Source: Barthelona sp. PCE
Taxonomy: Eukaryota
DNA: 64,000 nucleotides
NCBI GenBank assembly: GCA_040285745.1
Contig: JAUFOR010000003.1
Location: forward strand, 1,302,001-1,366,000
Reading direction: 5' to 3'
Of this stretch, positions 60,901 through 64,000 are shown one piece after another (the stretch's first letter is position 1; every line of letters starts with the position of its first letter). The position numbers and the translations under genes are program-made. Below the pieces are notes generated by a model. The model was not told the origin of the DNA and made no database searches. It saw nothing but the letters and a program-made list of their open reading frames with translations.

Positions 60901-62295
60901 AGGTTTAAGACTACTGACAAAGCTATCACGTGCGTGAACGAGCTTGTTGAAAGTGATGAGTTCACCAGAAAGCACGTCAGCAGTGAACACCCGAGATAGT
61001 TCCTTCAGAACCATGAAAAATCTGTCAAAACAATCGTTATCAACACCGAACTTGTAATAACTGTGGAAAGTTTCACGAAGCTCAATTATGAGTTCAAAGT
61101 ACTCCTTGATAGAGTTAAAACCTACATTGAAATGATAAGTGCCGTGTACACCTCTTCTTTTAAGCATATTTTGCGTGATTGAGAGCAACTTTTGATACTG
61201 TGATCGGAAAAGAGGTCGCATATGCTCTAATAACTCCAAAACAAACTGAAGGACAGTGTTACAAAAACCAAAAAATGATTTTTGCGAAGAAACAAAACAG
61301 ACTTTGAATAAATCTCCGTCACTGACCTCTCCTAGGTATTTGTTGAGCAAAGGGTCAGGTGTTAATAAGTTCACATTGGTCCGCAGACATTTCTTTAACA
61401 TCGTTGATATCTCTAGTTGTAGTAAGAAAAGGCACTCCAGCTTTTCCTGATTCGGAAACTGGGAAAGATTTGTGAGGATACGCTGGGTATTTTCAATGAG
61501 CGTTGTAAGATCCTGTGATAAATAAAATTCGTTTAGCCCAAATTCATCATACACAGCAACGATCGTACTAAGGTAAGTTGTTGTTCTATGTAGATCATTA
61601 ACACGCTCAAATGTCTTCCCCGACTCACAGTCAAGGCTTATTGCAGTGTCTATGACCTTCTTTCCCGCATCAGATTTCAGTAATTCGGAAAAAACTTGAA
61701 AATCCCTATATATATTGATAAAAAAATGATGTCTCTGTTTAAGAGAGTTGACAATCGTGCAGCTCTTATCAACTTCTTTCATCAGTCTGTCGAAAATGGT
61801 TGCCCAGTTATCAGCATAAAGAATACAGTCCTCAGAGCTGTATCCCTCTTCACTCAGAAGTGATTCCGGTGCTTCATCGAGGTCATACAGCAGGGTTGTG
61901 AATTCACTGTTGTGTAAAACCCCAGAAAGTCGCTCAGTAACGGTGGATATGATACTATTGAGTTGAAATGCTGGTACTGTTGAAAATCCAGTTAGCATCG
62001 ATTTTAGCGTCGTCTTTATGGTGGAAATATCGACTGTTGCGTTGACTGGGAAGATGAATGGCATCCCGGATGTCCCAGTATTGGCAATGAGTAAAAATTC
62101 GTCTACAGGACACTCTTCAACTGTTTGTTTGCATTGGACAACTTCCGAGTCGCCTTCGGTATCCCTGAATGCAAAGAACAATGCACCATGGTCGTCATCT
62201 GAAACAAAGCCCGTGATGACAGCATCTGCGCTGTCGTTAAAAGTTTTACATCGCAGATACGTAGCGATAAGGCATTTTACCGCCTGAACGTCCAT
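48967..62295 (-). CDS. DYNC1H1: Cytoplasmic dynein-1 heavy chain (start at ATG 62295, or in-frame ATG 62340)
   Basis: FPRFYFIGNDDLL linker. AAA1 GPAGTGKTESVK and FCCDDSFDLNAMSRIFVGLC are DHC1-type. P-loops GETCSGKS, GPPGSGKS and GAPGLGKS, then stalk and MTBD. No intron needed over 13.3 kb. Confidence 0.88.
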   Translation of the reverse strand: MDVQAVKCLIATYLRCKTFNDSADAVITGFVSDDDHGALFFAFRDTEGDSEVVQCKQTVEECPVDEFLLIANTGTSGMPFIFPVNATVDISTIKTTLKSMLTGFSTVPAFQLNSIISTVTERLSGVLHNSEFTTLLYDLDEAPESLLSEEGYSSEDCILYADNWATIFDRLMKEVDKSCTIVNSLKQRHHFFINIYRDFQVFSELLKSDAGKKVIDTAISLDCESGKTFERVNDLHRTTTYLSTIVAVYDEFGLNEFYLSQDLTTLIENTQRILTNLSQFPNQEKLECLFLLQLEISTMLKKCLRTNVNLLTPDPLLNKYLGEVSDGDLFKVCFVSSQKSFFGFCNTVLQFVLELLEHMRPLFRSQYQKLLSITQNMLKRRGVHGTYHFNVGFNSIKEYFELIIELRETFHSYYKFGVDNDCFDRFFMVLKELSRVFTADVLSGELITFNKLVHARDSFVSSLKPLDDVLLELLSYHCEQITTSADIFGVFERFQSVRERPVIRSALSAYQRQFLPTLIQEVKRLKTIMFNSSDSYGAAIRATGLYSYDNNVSLMQTKIIVKHRVDTLVNKLNALLGTNWRFAHSWRPVAADINNLIEVTASTQVASSVVESINSTIEKVPIEMKYPLIRVDTGSMELHTVLTETIMNQSNAYKNYELFRRVTKSTTVFPAQMDRQLKTASQFSPVLIGVDISLKCFNNLMKEIQGTNFVSLLSRSILSTRYHVDRLAVVKGSKGRDFLMGLIQANFQQLCDDLIHHIHILLDMHNSLKPHVQRINTGISELHDPVFFINEWNRLVKNGHGHLFGDHINEIQSEVLIIKKKCAVSIEEFVCNINERILAALSKHSSLFLNKLMYQHFDIEELEQDASFENVEKYSFEKAKVQRSSLDLTIPFRFVTNLSIDRSRNRVAIDPPALEIEGRMLSTIMNYFNHIGGITKVSIDDKLCTFNESLLGVPDVNELLKKAFSCVFQISQRVSELLKSWHSSLIIWQIYPDNLSLTTVPEVKEFFENVLQVKNMIFNQAKGMASTYFGAVKITRSGFEARLMKGLVSHLQILAEEPINSIFIPAVGKIHTELNDVKTNMEQVHQWSSESQLTSIIPTLVAYRRFIESQVEWREQLRSLKQLEDIFFSNDVDGIGLSFDVIEGNYTSHNAISLLFSAIETLGDTIAGKISEYRDDLQDMIFNTQNAMSARLDTLTAAFKGSFSREFTQKEIISCNTFFASLAKHHNDSVPLESLESDFGDLYAIVPSVVTSRVDEYAKEADVISETIEIVKSVRSLIGLPADPTVSSLLQNCSAVVKDLSLLADAFDYLQKPIQIVCQLFQGAFRSRLVEQLRQQTTEGLRLLSLSSMSSQNLSLYVLLNAFLTQFKNTLNLISELQSDSFSSRHWSTVNSALKLGCPVFANVTMAKLLEFGLTDPSSAFRVTLSDVLKTAVGEAAIQTFIDELNVKWNQETSLEFRNLHGDENTLLIINLNLVDEINEDLSHVEATKHSPYVRVFESFIQSWNANLTSLRDTLELVTQIQQLYVYLYGVFMRNKGAVHPSLRQHTKTFTIIDKELQRIFHGLRDDDIIMAIKTPANLQTFEQMLVSLQSVRQSLTQFLETQRSAFPRFYFIGNDDLLQLLSNSDMPHLVTKHLSKLFVGLSGLTYDESKRVITAVQSSEGEYIDFGTNGIPITDSIEAITWLSQIEALLKKRLKDDIIAIMDTLPESALELQAIDVLKLTHSHTFQSVMVSIQVLFTKLLESITENTATEVLNCLKTIVSDFSTIVVDSPLQHKYQRNLIIEAVYVESIIAEYIATGYDANIIRNSLRFYVTKTKKTMLKKASCDVKIRIGVAELDYGFEYVGVPERLVVTPLTRQVFFNFCTSLHFKYGCSPFGPAGTGKTESVKDLSRLLGRPVSVFCCDDSFDLNAMSRIFVGLCALGALGCFDEFNRLEVSTLSEVSQEIIAIQTSLKNKAQRVDLIRHKNIALNNNVGIFVTANIGYAGRSELPDNLKALFRPCSMEKPDKALIVDILLLSEGFGECRGMSTSIVGFFETLKRCLSQQAHYDFGLRALKAALKTASLLRASDSEGEIRDILINGISTSIQPKLTRTDQSIFALALNKYFNVGVEEVYLTSSEITHLISSFKDELILSDDTVKQLSDFQHLVTLSTGVILLGETCSGKSSLIKIYESLQQFRNIPTIVHHIPVKTLTKHQLYGELNEITVEWVDGLFTSILREVNDTNDFDTVHLCVFDGGIDPIWVESLNSVLDDNKTLTLPTGEHLRVPPNFTLVFEVNSLEHATLATVSRNQTLHLSASNNIMLSIVLQFILHIKSVSTNVAEALSQLVFGVDCGDLDPQYLLGNPDALSQFDTSLIASVLNSRDEDLAIMEITTVMILQRWLDFIDATARPNIHGPSVVADALYNALCSFLNVTGHQAVNMQVTSLFESMSLPINIELGTGGFEGDIFVPYLKGIEEKNSANMKMAQAASIGNVLIETTDTKRTTHLLTSLNRVGVPLVMCGPPGSGKSLSVNHVFGGDEATKTVTLSFSAGTGCEYVVNTLLDHCTLSRDSTSSLILSPMDKNITRLLIFCDEVNLIEPDMFGNRPVLSLLRFALEHHAVYVPSQSAIVKLHSSIQFVCACNPPSMRGRRPLPSNLLRHVAVMYVGFPSTESMCQIYSFMFHTALKTTNHVDIAPKLAKYAVSVYEYVSKELTVDLQPHYSYSPRELTRICRGLHQVVTFGVADTMDLSNIQLELNELRTKLSLDYIVLGLVQELFRVFIDRIITADERDDVVQCITQGLRENFPEVATHIEGLMLNNDVIFSSLQTGFYQHVSDTENIRRSLIQRLMTVEGYSSNDLVLFDTFISHMTRIDRVLRQASGHLILLGAPGLGKSLITEFIASVLDYSVFMLPISAKYTLHDFEENLKDLLRRTGVNREKIIFVFNLDTDSLSSAFLEYMNALLASGEIPGIFNESDWDALFTELHSKKDRSSIALLNEEQKRSVYHSEFVTNVQECLHVVFMSAADVSPTGRIGLDISPALLNRCVIDHFFDWSATERYQLAELFMNRINLPADFCCRVLNKNGTPTVQDLQDLRQKLADLMCEIHGSIENATPRAFCTFISNTVDIVQEVVNKSLEQQSHLEAGLLKMTMAGAQIAHVQEDLAEKRKLLNTKEEEADIKLAEMTSAMDHNQRAEKESRELASLIHTKSAYISEQSQSVRSQLSAAEPAIAEAKSSLEAIDRRSIDEVRRLANPPSSVKATLACIVAFLYGKGIIDDWGTLRRDVKPEIIHDILTFDAARSRVSSDTIRAVMRLIEKHNLTKHTITRASVPAGTIFGWMEAQLKYMTIFAQVKPLRLELQKLEAEARDLSLKKKDVDTDLQHLVTTLKTLRDDFDALTIAKQSIADQIRKTESNILRATQLFGDLSGEQKRWQAELEQFSQQEQFVMANALTMASYVSFAGSFTHEKRQQLVVSINSIFKKNGFNTAKFPIVERLLELSNRDFEEIPHAERENVSLLLMASYTNTVPLIIDPADNNETFTRVFGSDIQITSFIDDTFKSKLTSALRFGLTLVVKNTERFDPIVLPIIEDRVKIVDGKRTIKVGEDVVNVSPSFRLVLSTTDSSIDTVLCSSLLARLAVVNYTMTGAALGNRALIHILKCQEPQLFKERDVLMSQEISVAREIRSSEDKLLMTLVQSSGDLLSDNVLLDTLSELKTKVSELEESSSVVRNSLIELEAQSNIFAPCSKLLGNVYECLQSFSTINPLYFFSLNALWHVFDSVVTYKFDEGISADERNNELSSRFVTNAAKHFEHSFVNYNDKLLFFLSLSLVSDNVSRSYVKNFTQFNTEPVLSGIDSTYAELYEQVKANPAHYASIVDNHISTAVGVAPGANPLQAIEARLNSVTGREPVLVISNPGFDMSGAIEQFLTSSDSVNQKVVALACGLDRQLLQDARMLLAKSASSGHILIFKNVQLVPGWVDELLHFINTKKLHKSFRLILTSELGVTFPESVLLSCHKFVFQAEKSHSRLAHRLFNMIPSQLLQNTAVGIRLQLLLTWVHSLFVCRSEFGTYGWHKVYDFSVADFEACLTFVDSVIPKDRISLSLEDLSLSDIFSALYSFSHGGRIVDTFDKKVFLSHVNELLNSSTIEGDLSLQKEPIPLAPTFDSVSTYLSELENINDSTTYGFCDDINTVKLLAESQEFFSTLHDLSLRSKAEDIREEAIIVSKDAVLEILSSLHNTLESAILQCTTNNNNFRSHCVIAHKKFSSILLNVVHGLISLCHSQETHMRSSQLTLLNTVGTGKTPSQITDILPPHLSNISSLDVLSTFVEGITAFLNEGFGESIKLFGIVSLEQLLSSFYIDVEGPITEEMHFLFEETPTAGKEQLPISQLKCTCRTEDGFLTSSKVATLEGFLSIVSKDEINNTPYVPLYISKGCHSFVANIHFVDDFSAEQLWRAGTYCFVSE

Positions 62296-62508
62296 ATTTA
62301 CGCGATGAGATTGTGAATAGAGAAAAGTTTTGTAAAACATTTGTTTGACTGCAAACAATGTAACTTTATGTTTTATTATCGCTTGTGGGTGGCCGTTGTG
62401 TACGACTGTAATACTAAGCAAACTGTATTACATGAAAAGAAAAACCGGTCAACTGCCAGCGAGAAAAAAAACCCATATACTATTGAATAGAATAATCTAA
62501 GATGCTTT

Positions 62509-63882
62509 TCAGATGTCATCAATTGAAGCACCAATCATTTTGAACGCTACTCTGACCAAGACCAACTCGTTTTTGGGATACAAATAGATGACATTGTTCA
62601 CTGTATCGCAAAACAACAATACATGCTTGCCATCTTTCTCAAGTTTATATATCGACTGATCAGCATTTTCAATCACGAAATTACATTCAGTATGACTGGC
62701 TAAAGTTCCTAACACATCAATAATACCAATCTTTCTATATGAATACCCAGCTCTATTCATACACACTCGGAGCTCACGTGCCTGGGGGTTCAGTTGTGGT
62801 ATTTCTTCGAAAACATCGATCCATAACGTCGTATTATATGAAACACTTTGCTTCACAGCTGGTATCACATGGTCTTTAATTAGTGGAAGTATAGATGGAC
62901 TCATTTGTAACATTTGCTTTAATCTATCTCGTAATGTATCCATTTCTATATCCAAATTAAGTGATTCAAAGAATCTAGAATAAAAAGTATTGTCTAATAT
63001 TTGTCGAGTTGATTGTGTGAGAAAACCTACATAATCAGGATAAAACTCGAATAATTCATTATAAGACGCTTCAGAAATGATTTTTCCCAATAAACTTGAT
63101 GGTATATGAGCAATATAAGAAATGATTTGTTTAAAATCCAAACTTAAAACATATTCCTCAAAAAAAGAACTCATGCGTTGTTCGTTATTTAGCATCTTGA
63201 AGCATTGTGGTGGGCAACATGAAACAAGTATGTCTTCAAAACTCTTTGTTGTTGATTTTGATAAACCTTCAGCACAAAAAGCTGATATTGAATGAGATAA
63301 AAATTCAAATTGCGTCTCATCAATGACCGAAAGTGTACTTTTATCAACTGTAATAGTTGAAATAATGTCAATTAATCTAAATCTCCGGAAAAGATTAACA
63401 TCTTGAGATAAAAACTGTCTAAACACTCTTAAAACATCTAAAAATGTGGCAAATGGTATGTCTTCACAATCAAGCGATGATATAAAATCACGTATATCAC
63501 TGATATTGACTTCAACAATAGATTCCATACGGTGTTGGTTTAATTCATCAATATCAGACATGTTGTTCAGTTTTGAAGTGACTCCCTCAAGTTTAATTTC
63601 ATTGTCATTGAGGGAATTGACGATATCATCATGAGCAGAATCAATTTTCTTCATTTGTTCTACTAAGCTGTTCTGGGCCTCATGAAAGAAGTTGTAGCTC
63701 TCCGAGCCGAACGTCGGGTATGTGATTTCATGTGCTTTTGATTCGATATCGCGATGTGTAATGAGTTGTTCCAGCTTCAGCTGTGTATCAACATTATCGA
63801 GTGCTCCCTCACCGTATTTACCAATACCTTCACCCTCTACATGCCCCAGTAAGCCAAGCAAAAAGTCCCCTTCATCATTCAT
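62509..63882 (-). CDS. Hypothetical protein with N-terminal coiled coil
   Basis: 457 aa ORF in AT-rich sequence. No motif recognised. Confidence 0.65.
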   Translation of the reverse strand: MNDEGDFLLGLLGHVEGEGIGKYGEGALDNVDTQLKLEQLITHRDIESKAHEITYPTFGSESYNFFHEAQNSLVEQMKKIDSAHDDIVNSLNDNEIKLEGVTSKLNNMSDIDELNQHRMESIVEVNISDIRDFISSLDCEDIPFATFLDVLRVFRQFLSQDVNLFRRFRLIDIISTITVDKSTLSVIDETQFEFLSHSISAFCAEGLSKSTTKSFEDILVSCCPPQCFKMLNNEQRMSSFFEEYVLSLDFKQIISYIAHIPSSLLGKIISEASYNELFEFYPDYVGFLTQSTRQILDNTFYSRFFESLNLDIEMDTLRDRLKQMLQMSPSILPLIKDHVIPAVKQSVSYNTTLWIDVFEEIPQLNPQARELRVCMNRAGYSYRKIGIIDVLGTLASHTECNFVIENADQSIYKLEKDGKHVLLFCDTVNNVIYLYPKNELVLVRVAFKMIGASIDDI

Positions 63883-63937
63883 TGATTTGAAAAAGAGAAA
63901 AAAATCATTTACATATTAACAATAATTATAAACACAA

Positions 63938-64000
63938 CTATCTCCTTGAAACACGTCCGCTACCGGAGGCGCCACGTGATGAGGATGATCTAGAAGATCT
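63938..64000 (-). CDS. 3' end of a gene entering from beyond the window (...RSSRSSSSRGASGSGRVSRR*)
   Basis: GC-richer stretch, open on the - strand to TAG at 63938. Confidence 0.45.
   Translation of the reverse strand, partial: RSSRSSSSRGASGSGRVSRR

Noticed and set aside
63970..63980. GCCACGTG G-box near the window end
   Set aside because: It lies inside the probable coding 3' end of the next minus-strand gene.

Overview
This is extremely compact eukaryotic nuclear DNA in the standard genetic code (TAA, TAG and TGA all end genes). It has about 28 complete protein genes, two partial genes at the window edges and one probable decayed gene. Most intergenic gaps are 0-300 bp. Only three spliceosomal introns are visible (37, 108 and 238 nt), all near 5' ends, all GTATG...TTTAG, and all missed by the ORF track. 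Eukaryotic housekeeping and flagellar genes include cytoplasmic dynein-1 heavy chain, ATR, CCT3, PKA, WASP, BBS8, kinesin-14, Trm4/NSUN2, cap N7-methyltransferase, RRP36, Rer1, HMG-CoA synthase, a SNARE, an H2A.X-type histone and a Nopp140-like protein. Bacterial-type metabolic genes are interleaved with them: single-domain NadE, iPGM, PepD and DUF1015. This fits a flagellated, intron-poor, probably anaerobic protist (metamonad-like; an inference, not an identification). The strongest signals are mostly non-coding. They are a CCTTT element just upstream of 16 of 29 start codons, a candidate branch A at -8 in all three introns, a motif-dense pepD intron, a hairpin-containing PKA intron, a candidate structured RNA between WASP and the PP2A-B''-like gene, and a DUF1015 gene that shares its leader architecture with the glycolytic iPGM gene. 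No tRNA, rRNA, CRISPR array or intact transposon was recognised.
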